DNA of 53,267 bases, counting the filler, from Jimgerdemannia flammicorona (lineage: Eukaryota): the NCBI GenBank assembly GCA_003990765.1. It is 2 parts of 2 records of this genome, joined end to end, with 100 filler letters (N's around TTAATTAATTAA, not from the genome) between each part and the next. Parts side by side here need not be neighbours in the genome. Positions count along the whole stretch, not along the records: positions 26,691 to 53,267 come from RBNJ01000717.1; 1 more part is not named here. The stretch is one strand, 5' to 3'. The notes below the pieces were generated by a model. It searched no databases. It saw only the letters and a program-made list of their open reading frames with translations, and had not been told where the DNA came from. The translations under genes and the position numbers were made by a program. Of this stretch, positions 39,101 through 50,502 are shown one piece after another; position 1 is the stretch's first letter, and each line of letters opens with the position of its first letter.

Positions 39101-40891
39101 GTAAAGGGTTAGCTATATTTCAGTGCAAACTGTTCCAAAACACAGTACGCACCTGAAGGATCACCAAACCACAACTCGAAATTGGGGTTTGGCTCGAACA
39201 CCAAAACGGGAGCCTGCTTGTCGGTAGAAACGTTCCTTGAGTTCAATCCTTCCGATGTCGAGGTATCTAGCGCGCGTTCAACAGATTTACAACAAGCGTC
39301 AACATCCGAAATCGGAGCTTCTTCGAAGCTGGTGGTCGTCCCGTCGATGTCTGTAATGGTAATCAAGGGGATGCTATGGGAGGCTGCATGGGGGGGGTGC
39401 GGGGAGAATATTTGGGAGATGGTGGCTGTCGGCTCTTTTGGCTCCGGAGAGGCCATTTGGGATCTTTTGGCATTCAAAGTTTTCGGCTGCGAGGAGTGCA
39501 TTTGGGAGGTATTGGCTGGCTGCGGGGGAGACATTTGGGGGATATTGACATTCAACCCTTCTGCTAGTGAGGAGAGCTCCCAAGGTTGTGGTGGAAATAG
39601 TGACTCTTCACTATAGGCAGAAAAAAGGGAATGCTGGGTCAGTGAACAAGTGGAATAAAAGCAAATAGATAGAATGTGTCAGTGTCATACCAAAAGCTAT
39701 AAAATGGGATGTCATTGTAAAGGATGAAAATGATATACTTCAAGCAATTCACTAGTGGAAGCCCGCTGCTCAGGATCTCGTTTAAAGCATAGGTTCATGA
39801 AATCCTCCAGCTGGCTGTTCAAATTCTCCGGATAGGGTGGCCGACCTTGCTCAAAAATTTTTCGCTTCATCTAATATTAAATTGTATAATCTTATATATA
39901 AATAATTAATTGATATATAGTGCAACAAGACAATGCTCTGATAAAAGAATCTGAAAACAATAAACCTCTTTATCTTCTAGGTTGTCATCTTCATAAGGCG
40001 CCTTGCCGTGGTTAAGCATCTCAAGAACTACGATGCCTAATGCCCAAATGTCAGCCTTTAGGTCGATGACCTCGCCTTTACAAACTTCAGGAGCCCAAAA
40101 TAGTATGACGCCAGCATTTTCGACTGACGAGTCCACAGTAGGCGCCGAGGAGCTGACGCCGAAGTCACCTGAATGAGTGATTAAGTGAGATTGAGGGTAA
40201 GAGGATAAGTAGGAATTAGCATTGGAATGTGCGAAGCCTCTCAAGATGATATAATTGTACAACGTATTTACCAATCACAATGGTGTTGTCTTTGCCAAGG
40301 AAGACGTTTTCACATTTAATGTCGCGATGGATGTAACCGTGCCTATGAATTTCCGAGAGGCCTGACACAAGCTGCGGTATTTGTGTTAGCCGAATGGCAG
40401 GATTGAAGGACGAGGCACGAATTATTTGGGGTGGTTCCAAAACGCCATACATCGTACAACATATCTTAAGGGGTATAAAGCACTATACTGACCCCTTTGA
40501 GGATAAAGACCATTTGCGACAAAGAGACGCGGTTGACGGAGCAATACTCTTGCAGGGTCCCGCCGTCGTAGTACGGCGTTATGAGAAAGACGTAGCCTTC
40601 GTAGATGTGGACGCTGAGTAGTCGCAGAATATTTGAATGTTGGCATTTGGCCATGGTGTCTATTTCGGTTTCAACGAGCTCCTTGGGCATTACAACGGTT
40701 TCCGAGTCCTTGCTGTACACGATCAAGTACTTTTTGATGACCACAATCTGTCGCGCGCCGCTGACTTCGTGGCACAGGTACACACTGCCCTGTGCCGAAG
40801 GCCATGTGGGTTTTATGGCGCTGAGGCCCGCATAATCGAATTGCGGATCAGAGAAGTGTATGGGGACGCCCTCTATTAAATGATCCGCCAT
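36109..40891 (-). CDS. Dual-kinase LRR protein of about 1,100 aa: STE20-like kinase, P/S-rich linker, 10 RI-like LRRs, TKL-like (pseudo)kinase; 17 exons
   Basis: Hand-traced GT-AG exons in one frame: 40891-40493, 40371-40272, 40168-39966, 39870-39739, 39633-39153, ten LRR exons between 39087 and 37455 (or 37440), 37375-37017, 36930-36109. Kinase 1 has VVIKK, HRDIKCEN, DFG, WAPE, DIWALG. Kinase 2 has WIPYRQF..IEKLGEGEF, HGDLHPGNI, DAG, YFPPE, KSDIYCLG, RCWNPDPEMRP. The N-terminus may extend by a few small exons. Confidence 0.85.
37440..39087 (-). repeat. Array of one-LRR-per-exon cassettes
   Basis: 84-nt exons at 39087-39004, 38907-38824, 38747-38664, 38581-38498, 38413-38330, 38234-38151, 38060-37977, 37880-37797 and 37703-37620, plus 37523-37455 (or 37440). 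Consensus xNxIGxEGARALAESLKKNTTLTxLNL. Confidence 0.92.
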
Positions 40892-41391
40892 GTGCTTGGG
40901 ATGGAGGACGTCGTTTAGGTTGATGAGTTTTGACTAAGCGTCACGTGAACAAGAAAATAAGTTGGTGTGGCTTGGTCTTTGTGCGTACCGGAAAAGTCGT
41001 CTCTATCGCAACCTGTCAAGCCTGGAAAGTGACCTATTCTACGCGGATTCCTCTAGTAGCCCACACCGAAAATCAAATACGTCAAATCTGGGCTATATTG
41101 CTCCTGCAACCTAATCCATTTTTAAAGCACTGCCCAAGTTTACGGGGATATCTATAGAAGCACTTGGCTTGTGTATAGCGGTAAGTGAAGTGTATGGATC
41201 CCTTCCGCCATTGTTCAACATGAATTGCACCATATATCCACAAATGTGTCAGGAAACCACTTCGAATTAACATGCTTCATTAAAGACAAACCATATCACA
41301 AATGTAATAAAGAAAAAAAAAAAATACAAATGTACAGAATATTAGTTAAATATAATTAAAATATTTATTAAAGTTATTATTTATAATGAAT

Positions 41392-41847
41392 TGTTATATA
41401 TAAGCCACTAGAATTTCTGATGGAAATTCTGATGAAAATTCCTATGATAATTCTTATAGAATTTTCAACTAATAGTCATAGATACCAAATATAGTATAAC
41501 TATATATATATACTCAATATACTATATTTAATCATAGCTTCAAATCTGTATAAATATTCTTTATACTGAGTATATTATAATCTAGCTCTATACTCTCTGA
41601 CTATATATAAGAATAAAGCAATATTCTTATTATAGAACCCTCAGATCCAACTTGTTAATGATGCTGAGCCTGATCAACTTGGGATATAAGTATGACTCTT
41701 TTACTAATATAAGAACTCAAAAGTAATACTTAGACTACATCATTACAACAGGCAATTAGAACTTAGTACTTTCCTACAAATATTTAGAACTTAGAGCCAA
41801 TAGTTATCTATAATATATTAATTCTATCAGTATATTGTTTTATTATA
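41392..41847 (+). repeat. LTR (TG...TA, decayed CA end) followed by a PBS-like ATTTGATAGTAG
   Basis: Homologous to 11970-12427 and starts TGTTATA. Confidence 0.75.
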
Positions 41848-43347
41848 ATTTGATAGTAGTAAAAGTTATTTCTATCTAAAAGTAAGTTTTTCTTAAGAAA
41901 CTTACTATGAATATAGACTACTTAGTTAATATCACTAATATTATTAGTAATAACTAAAGAATACCTTTATTCTGACTACTCTTTAGAACTAAGCTAAAGA
42001 AGCTAATAGATCATTACTGAGTAGACTGAGACCTATACTAGCTAAGAGAAATTCAATAGACTCAACAATGAAATTATTCAAGAAGTATTCAATATATTTA
42101 TCATATTTAATAAAGAAGTTATCTATACTTAAGAAATTAGAAAGAAATTCAAAGATTAATTAATAGCTACTTTTATTAAAAATATACAAATAAGTCTATT
42201 GAAGTTATAAGTAAATATTTTCTAAATCTTCTCTCTAATAACTACTACTATAAAACCAAGACCTTTCTAAACTACTAGGAATATTATACCAACTAAAGAA
42301 AATTCTACCTCTACTACTAAGTCCTTTATATATAAGTAAAGATAATTCAATTATGAGGATTAATAACTACTAGACTCACTAAAGTCTCTGCCATATTATC
42401 TTAATCTAGAAAAATAATTGAAAAAATATCTAAACTCAACAATAGTGACTTCAGTACTACTATAGACCCATTATTAAGAATACTAAATTTACTGAAAATT
42501 ACTGTAGAAGATCAAGCAATAACTTGATTAAAACTACCAATCTATAGACTAGTTATTAAGTTCACCTATCTTGATAATATATAAAAGAAACAACTAAATA
42601 TTACACTATCTCTGATATAATAGTATTTAAAGAAAGACTACTACTATTTTACTATATAAGTAATAGAATGATATTAGTAGATAAAAAGATAGTAGCTCTG
42701 GCTGACTAAGTGATCATACTTATCCAAGCCCTCTACCTTAGTATCAAAACAAACAAATCTACAAAAGACCACTACCTTATATCATTTAAAGGTAAAGCAG
42801 ACTAAGTAATAATATTTATAAAATAAGTTAATACTAATTAATATGATAATAGATAGAATAATAATTAGAACTCAGATAGTATCTTTAATAATAATAAGTA
42901 TTATAATATTGAAGATCTCTATATAACTATAGACTCATAAGTAGAAAAATCACTATCTATTTCATAAGTATAGCTGCTCAATAGTGATACAATCTCTCAA
43001 TATTCTCTTATCTGAGAAACCTATATTGAAATCAATATAAGTGAAGAAGATAATAATTGCTCTAACTATAAAGTCTACTCAGCAACTATGAGCATAAAGG
43101 AGCTGATCATCCAACAGTTCTATAGCTCTATCTATATTGCTAAAGCCAGAACCAAACTCAAGAATCTCTAATTCTATAATAATAGAAAAGAAGACTTAAA
43201 AACATTCATAATAAGATTCTCTCCTGAATACTATAGAGGTAGAATATAGCTGATAAGAACAAACTGTGAATAGAACCAGAGCAGTATACTTCTTTAATGC
43301 TATTTCTGAATAATTATCAGAAAAGATATAAGAGCAAGGATAATTAT

Positions 43348-44844
43348 TATAATGGTGATCTCAGAATGATGACATCAGCACAGAAGATAGCCTTTCCTCA
43401 CAAGCCACCCAATTGAAGTACAAGAAGATCATATAGTATATGAGATGAGCAATAATGACCAACTGTAAGTCATTGTGACCACAGTACAAGCATCCTGAAG
43501 ACTATAAAAGAAGGATCAAGGAACTGCAGTAGCAGTAACCAATAAGAACCACTAATTCCAAAATAGCTCAAAGACTTACCACAAATGAAATACCTGCTAC
43601 TCGCCAAACCTCAAGATCAAGGAATCACCAAGATATCTCAGTCAAGGAGAGAATGCTCTAAGATATCAGAAGAGCTATGAGGACCCACTCAAGAAGGACT
43701 CCTAGTATTGATCTGGGTACTATAGACTCTTATCACTTTATCCTCTACTGCTGTAAAATAGAAACAAGGATTACTATTGCTATTGAATGCCTCTAAATAT
43801 GGTAGAAGTATGAAATAGAAAACCTCCTCTGCCAGGAGTTCCCACAGACCAGCACTCAAGAGCTACAAGATACCACTCCCATGAATATATATAAAACAAG
43901 GACAGTTAAGAAGATCCATCAGATCTTCAGGCATATACTATGGTTGATCCCCAACTTGGAGTATGTTAAAGTCTCAGATTTCAGAGACCTGTCATTCCAC
44001 CATATCAATGCACTAGAAGCTAGGGTGGCTACAGAAGCCCAGTCCACTATCACCCTCAATAGTGATGAAGTAGAAGACTTCTGACATCCCATCCTCCAGA
44101 ACAACCCAGACCAATTCCTACAAGAGTTGATCTCAGTATTCCAAGACCCAAGCATCCAGATTAGACCTCTCTAAGACTCTACATTTGTTCCCTATTTTGT
44201 AGAAGAGAACCTCATAGACTGGAGAGCCCCAGACCTCCTTCCCACTGCCAAATGTGATGACATCATCAGCAATGATGTCATCCCATGTAACATCAAAGTA
44301 CATGAAAATGATGAATTCATAGACCTCATCTCCTTCAAAGATATCCTGATCTCTAATGATGAGGATAAAGCCCCCATGGTCCTGAACTTTCTGCTCTAAG
44401 TTCTTTGTTATACTAAATAATGCCAGCACTGGCATTCTGAGGTGATGCAAAATTGTTCCAGCACTAGTATTCTGATATAACACTGAATTATACCAGCATC
44501 CTGAACCTATACAACCATCAGTACCAACTCTGGAACTTAGTAGTTTTAGTTATTGGAATTTATATTTAGCTTTATATCTTAGCAACCATTGGATTATATT
44601 TTGTATAAATACCCCTCTTATTTCCTCTGAAATAAAGTTAGTTCCTCTCAGTATAATATATATACTTTCTTGCAAGCAATCTAAGAGATAACAAGACAGT
44701 TTAAAGATAAGAAGTTTGAGGACTATAAGACCTTGGGAAGGCACTCCAATAAGAACTTGCTTATAACAAACTTGAGTTAGTCTAAGAGATACATCTTGAA
44801 GAGAATCTGGGGTATTTGAAGGACTCAGTGACCACTACATGACA
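43348..44844 (+). repeat. 5' LTR of element B (1497 bp)
   Basis: Starts TATAATGGTGATCTC (decayed TGTAACGGTGACCTC) and ends CTACATGACA. Colinear with 50503-52021. TATAAAA at 43503-43509. Confidence 0.95.
43590..44399 (+). pseudogene. LTR-encoded ORF, 5' LTR copy (269 codons, start decayed to ATA)
   Basis: Same 810-nt frame as 50745-51554. Most of its stops differ from those in the 3' copy. Confidence 0.7.
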
Positions 44845-44847
44845 ACT

Positions 44848-44864
44848 TGGTACCCATTGGCTGG
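44848..44864 (+). promoter_or_regulatory. Primer-binding site of element B (TGGTACCCATTGGCTGG)
   Basis: TGG start 3 nt after the LTR-terminal CA. Cognate tRNA not identified. Confidence 0.7.
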
Positions 44865-44964
44865 TGATTCAAGATGAATCCCTCACTTTCAAGCTGAAAA
44901 ACGAACAATCCCCACAATAACTACCCTGATTACAAGAGTCACCCCTGCAAGAATTCAAGACAAG

Positions 44965-47900
44965 ATGGAAATACATCCCCTCACATTCTATAGATATACT
45001 ACTAAAGAGTCAATCCTGACCTTCATTAAAGACTTTAAACAATTTGCCACTATATGAGCCCTTGGTATAGATGCTCAATTGGCCCTTCTACTAGTCAGCC
45101 TCAGAGGACCTACCAGAGACAAGTTCAATGCAGTCACTATTGCTGATGCTGGTGCAGCCAAACTTGTCAACATGAAGGCCTTCCTCAGAACAACATATTA
45201 TACTGAAGAGATCAAGCAAGCTCTCAAGAATCAACTCAATACTATCTGCCAGAGACTTAGTAAAGATTCCAACCCATTCTATACCCAAATCTGCCACCAG
45301 ATTATCTTGGCTGGCTATGATGACTGCCTCAAGGAACAAATAGCAGATTCAACCTTCCTCAAAGGAGTTCACCCTGAAATTGCCCTAGCAATCTGGTCTA
45401 CCTCAGCTGCACTGACCCTTGATCAGAAAGTGGTCTTTGTATAGAGATATTGGACTACCAGACATCCTGCTGAATACTTAATAGAGAAAATAACTGGTAT
45501 TAAGATGGAGCCATCAAAGCTAACTAGTATCATACCTACCACAGTTGTAAACAGACAACCAACCCCACCTACTCTCAAGACAGCCAAAGCTGACCCAGTG
45601 GAAGAACTTGCCAAGCAGTTCACTGAGATGATTGCACACCTTGGTGATGTTGTTAGAGAAGTCTGAAGTGCCAACAGAAGACCAGTATAGAGATTTGCAG
45701 CTGCTACAGAAGAATGCAATATCATATACTTCAGATGTGGAGAAGAAGGCCACTATGCAAAGAATTGCATGACTGAAACAAGATGCAAAGCCCAACCAAG
45801 CAATGCTAGCAGAACCAGAGAACAAACTAATACAGTAGTTATCGAGGAGATTGGTGACACTGATGATAAAGAATACTATGAGGAGCTCAAATTCTACCCT
45901 GCTACTGAAGGTACCAGAACCTGGTCCAAGCCCTATGACAAGAAGAGCAACAGCAAGCCAGTTGGAAGACTAAAGAAGACCCCAGCTGTCACTATTCAAA
46001 GTAAGACCCAATCTGAGGAGATTGATCAAGATATAGAGTTAGATAAAGCTGCCCACCAAATCATTGAAGGCACTCCTCCAGTCTCAAGAGAAAGTGAAAG
46101 CAAGAAGGAACAGAAGCTGTACAAGACCAAGATCTACTAGTATGATATCTACAAGGACCTCAAGAAACAGAAGGTCAATGTCACCTTTGGACAGCTAGCT
46201 GAAGTCCCTGCCTTCAGACAGCAGTTGAGAGTAGGACTTGCAACTACTGCCAAGAATTAAGAGTACAAGATTTTAGAAGCTCACAATGTACAGGAAGAAT
46301 CTGAGAACTCAGGTGAAGAATCTGAAGACCAGTGCAAGACATCAGCCTATACTCCATGTCAGATTGAAGACTGTATCTTTGATGCCATCATTGATACTGG
46401 TGCTGGAGAATGCCTCATGAGCAAGAAGACAATTGACCACCTAGGTTGGGACATTGAAGAGTCCACCAAGATGGTCTATGTTACAGCAGATAGTATATGA
46501 GCTACCCCCCTTGGCAAAATCTGAGAAGTCTCCATCAAGATAGGAGGAGCTACCATCTCAGTAGATGTGATTGTCACAAGTACTACCAACTATGACATCC
46601 TCATTGGCAACCAATGGCTTTACAAGGCCAAGGCCATCATTGACCTCAATGCCCAGAAGATGCAGATCAACTATAGAGGAAGAAAGATATGAGTCTCTAT
46701 CAATGTTCACAAAGGAGTCCTATCAGACATAGAGGAAGGAGATGAAGAGGACACAGAGGTCTTCATGTACTTGGTGAACAAGAATAAGAACAAGACACCC
46801 AAGCTCACAGATGAGCAGTGGTACAACAAGATTATCAATGGGTATGCCCCTCAAGGAAGATGCCCCCATGGTACTAGGATATACTGCACTGAACACCTGA
46901 ATGACTACTGGTCCTATATCAGTGAAGTTAGGAAAATCTGTCAACAGAAATATGAGCAAGAAGCCACTGAAGCAAGAAGGAAAGCTGAAGAAGATAACCA
47001 ACCCCCAGAGCTTCAGGCTGACAGTGATGATGAGGAGGAACAAGAATCAGACATCACTCTCAAGGTTAAGAAGTTTCACCCTGAAGCCAAAATCCCAGAA
47101 TATAAGACTGAAGGAGCCATAGGAATGGATATTGCCAGCATTCAAGATGCTACTCTTGAACCACAGACCACCACCCTACTTGGCACTAGAATTGGAGTCA
47201 AGCTGCCAGAGAACCATACCAGAATTATCAAGACCAGAAGCAGTCTGGCCAAAAGCGAAATCTCAGTTAAAGGAGGAGTAATTGACCCTGATTATACTGG
47301 TGAGATCTTTATCATAGTCAGGAATCACAACCCCACCACCCCATTTGAAGTCAAGAAGTATGACAGGATTGGCCAGATGCTGGTCCACGAAATCAAGAAG
47401 CCCAAGATCATAGAAGCCATTGAACTCATCATGACCAAGAGAGAAGAATAAGGCTTTGGATCTACTGGAAGAGGAGCCTATGCTGCCACCAAGATTACTG
47501 AACTTGAGCACAAGAAAGACAAGGACCAGAACAAGCATATATACACTATTGGAGAAAACTTTCCCCTAGAGGAATAACTTCTCAAGGTCCTGCATCAGAA
47601 TGCTACAAACTTCCAGGATATCTACAATCAAGAACCCAAGCACTACTATAAAGTTGACACTGGTAATACCAAGCCCATCTACCAGAAAGCCAGACCCATA
47701 CCACCTGCCTACAGAGAATGGCTGTGAGCAGAACTCAAGGAAATGGAAGAAGCTGGAATCATCAAGCAAGCTATCAGCCCCTGGACCTCACCCATTGTCC
47801 TTGCCCCAAAGAAAGGAAGCAAGCCTGGAGAGTTTGCACCAAGACTCTGTATTGACTACAGGAAGCTCAATGCCATCACCAAGAAGGATAGGCAGCCCTT

Positions 47901-48942
47901 GCCAAATATTCAAGAAATTCTTACTACCCTTGAGAGTGAAGCCAAATACTACACTACCTTGGATCTGTTCTCAGGCTTCCATCAGATTGGTCTCACTCAA
48001 GATGCCAGTGAGAAATCAGCCTTCATTACACCTGATATCACCTATATCTACCTGCGAATGCCATTTGGAATATGCAATACCCTAGCAAGTTTCCAGTGAA
48101 TGATGAACAGAGTCTTTAGCAATGAGATTGGAAAATAGCTCTTTGTCTATATTGATGATGTCAATTATATACAGCTAGCCCTCAAGAAGCTCAAGGAGCA
48201 TAGCCTCTACATCAAGCCCAAGAAATGTAAGTTTGCAGCTCAAGAAATCACCTATCTAAGACACCTCATCAACCAGACTGGAATCCACACAGACCCTATA
48301 AAGATTGAGGCTGTTGTAGCCTACCCAAGACTCAGAACAACTACAGAAGTCCATGCCTTCCTTGGACTGGCCAGTTACTACAGAAGGTTCATCAAAGGAT
48401 ACTCCAATATTGCAGCATCCATCTATGAGCTACTGAAGAAGGAAACCAAATTTGAATGGACCAAGGAGTACCAAGAAACCTTCAATGAACTCAAGACCAG
48501 GTTGACCCAAGCACTTATCCTCAGAAGACCAGACTGGAATCTAGAATTCATCCTGCAGACAGATGTAAGTGCTATAGGACTTGGAGCAGTCCTAGCTCAG
48601 AAGAAAGATGAATATGAATATATTATCTCCTATGCAAGCTGAGGTACCTGTAGAGCAGAACAAAACTACAAGTTATGTAAGCTTGAATGCTTAGCAGTAG
48701 TTTGGGCAGTAGACAAGTTCTACTACTACCTAGCTGAGAAACACTTCACCATTCAAACAGACTACTCTGCTCTTGCCTGACTATTCTACACTCTGAACCC
48801 CAAAAGAATATATACCAGATAGATCTACAGACTGTAAGAGTATGACTGTACTGTCAAGCACTACTCAGGAAGAACCAATATCAATGCTGATGCACTCTCA
48901 AGGACACCCTGAAACACCCCCAACAAGACCATTCAATCATAA
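44965..48942 (+). pseudogene. gag-protease-dUTPase-RT-RNase H polyprotein of element B, single frame with premature stops
   Basis: ORF fragments starting at 45079, 45769, 46765 and 47743 share the frame of ATG 44965 through DALSR at about 48900. Confidence 0.9.
47053..47469 (+). pseudogene. dUTPase domain of element B, between protease and RT
   Basis: AKIPEYKTEGAIGMDI, KTRSSLA, GGVIDPDYTGEIFII, DRIGQ, REE*GFGSTG. Confidence 0.95.
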
Positions 48943-50167
48943 ATAAGGAGCTATACTATGGATTAATCAGCTATCTTAGGCAGGGGAAGATGTCCAACCA
49001 CCTTGAACCCTGGATAATCACTATTATCAACCAGACTTAGAAACAGTTTGAACTAGACAATACTACACTTAGAAAAGGAGAAAACTAGTAATATCTGAAC
49101 ACAAGAAGTATTATGTAATGAAGGAAGTATATGAGCAAGGACACCTAGGAGGAACCAACACATATGACAAGGTAAGAAGAACCATATAGTGGCCCAAGAT
49201 GGAAGAAGATCTGTGCCAATTTGTCAAAGGGTATGACAAGTGCCAAAAACAGAAATAAGATCAACAAGACCAGGCACCCAAGTCATCAAGAATTGAGCCT
49301 ATCTCCTTCCACCACATCACAATGGATATCATTGGGCCACCAGCAGTAATACTATCAGGAAACTGCTATATTATAGTTATTGTAAACCTCTTCACCAAAT
49401 GGATAGAGGCAGGAGCATTACAAGAAGCCAATGCTCTCTCTATAGCTGACTTCCTGTACCGAGAAATCATCTGCCACTACAAGACACCAAAGCAAATCAC
49501 AACAGACTGCGGCATAGAATTTGCTAATGGATTCCACAAGATAATATATCAGAAATATAAGATCCAGCACATCAAGACCACTGTATATCATTTTCAAGGA
49601 AATGGACAGATAGAGAGAACTAACAAGACCCTTAAGAACATCTTAGCAAAGATCTCAGAGATATATGAGAATTGAGATAACTATCTCCCAACCACCCTCT
49701 CTGTCCTACAAGATATATGGTCACAGAGCACACACTTTACCCCAAGGGAGCTGCTCTTCAGAGAAGAAGATTCTGATGGAACCTCAGTTATAAATCTAGA
49801 CCTAACTTAGAGACTGGTTGATGCAGAAATCCAGAGACTACACCAAATCAAGAAGAAGGCTGAAGATTACATCATCAAGTCACAAGCGCTGACAAGGAAG
49901 AATGTGGAAAAGAATCACAAGGCCCTAGAATCCATCCAAATTGGAGAAAAGGTTCTACTGTATCAAAATATAGTAGAAGCCTCATGGTCACGAAAACTGG
50001 AGCCCAAATGGAAAGAATCCTTCTACATATAAGATATCAAGAGAACTACCTTCTAGCTTAGAAAAATCTCAGAGACCATACTGACTATCATGGTACATAG
50101 GAACAGACTCAAGAAGTACCACAAACCTATACAAGAGAAGCAAAATGTGATATATAACCACTCATGA
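48939..50167 (+). pseudogene. Integrase of element B (no chromodomain seen)
   Basis: HHCC region GHLGGTNT...WPKM...DKCQ, DDE core in ORF 49322..49675, then KLEPKW and VHRNRLKKY. One frameshift near 49075. Stop TGA at 50165-50167. Confidence 0.88.
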
Positions 50168-50478
50168 GATTCTAGTCTGCAAATCATAACAGCATATCCT
50201 GTGACCAGCAGGCTATCTGTCTGGACTATTCTCTAAGAGATATGGCACTGGCAACTACTCATCCATGAGACTTTCAAAGTCAGAGGAGTTCAAACTGTCA
50301 ACTGATTGGTCAAGATCAGAATTAGGCCCTTGCTCTATATAAAGAGAGCAACTCTTCACCATTATGTCAAAATACAAAAGAAAGACACCAGCTCATAAAT
50401 ACCACTTTTCAACCCCTTGCCAGAGGTTATGGGATTAGCAAATTTTTCAGGACTGGACCAATGAATAAGGATGCTTAA
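50164..50478 (+). pseudogene. Putative ORF3 of element B (about 104 codons)
   Basis: The ATG overlaps the integrase stop as ATGA. Reads MRF*SANHNS...AICLDYSLRDM...N*ALALYKE with three internal stops. Confidence 0.45.
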
Positions 50479-50490
50479 GAAGATCCTTAT

Positions 50491-50502
50491 TTAGGAGAAA
50501 GA
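50491..50502 (+). promoter_or_regulatory. Polypurine tract of element B (TTAGGAGAAAGA)
   Basis: Purine run immediately before the TGTAAC start of the 3' LTR. Confidence 0.8.

Noticed and set aside
44133..44483. Minus-strand ORFs in the LTRs (also 51288..51707) as the real LTR gene
   Set aside because: They mirror the plus-strand frame, which has a TATA, a start and a shared stop in both LTRs. Treated as shadows, though not formally excluded.
44848..44870. Assignment of the PBS to tRNA-Gly
   Set aside because: Only partial resemblance; host tRNA sequences are needed.
50164..50478. env gene or chromodomain after integrase
   Set aside because: No signal peptide, transmembrane helix or chromodomain aromatic-cage motif visible in either element.
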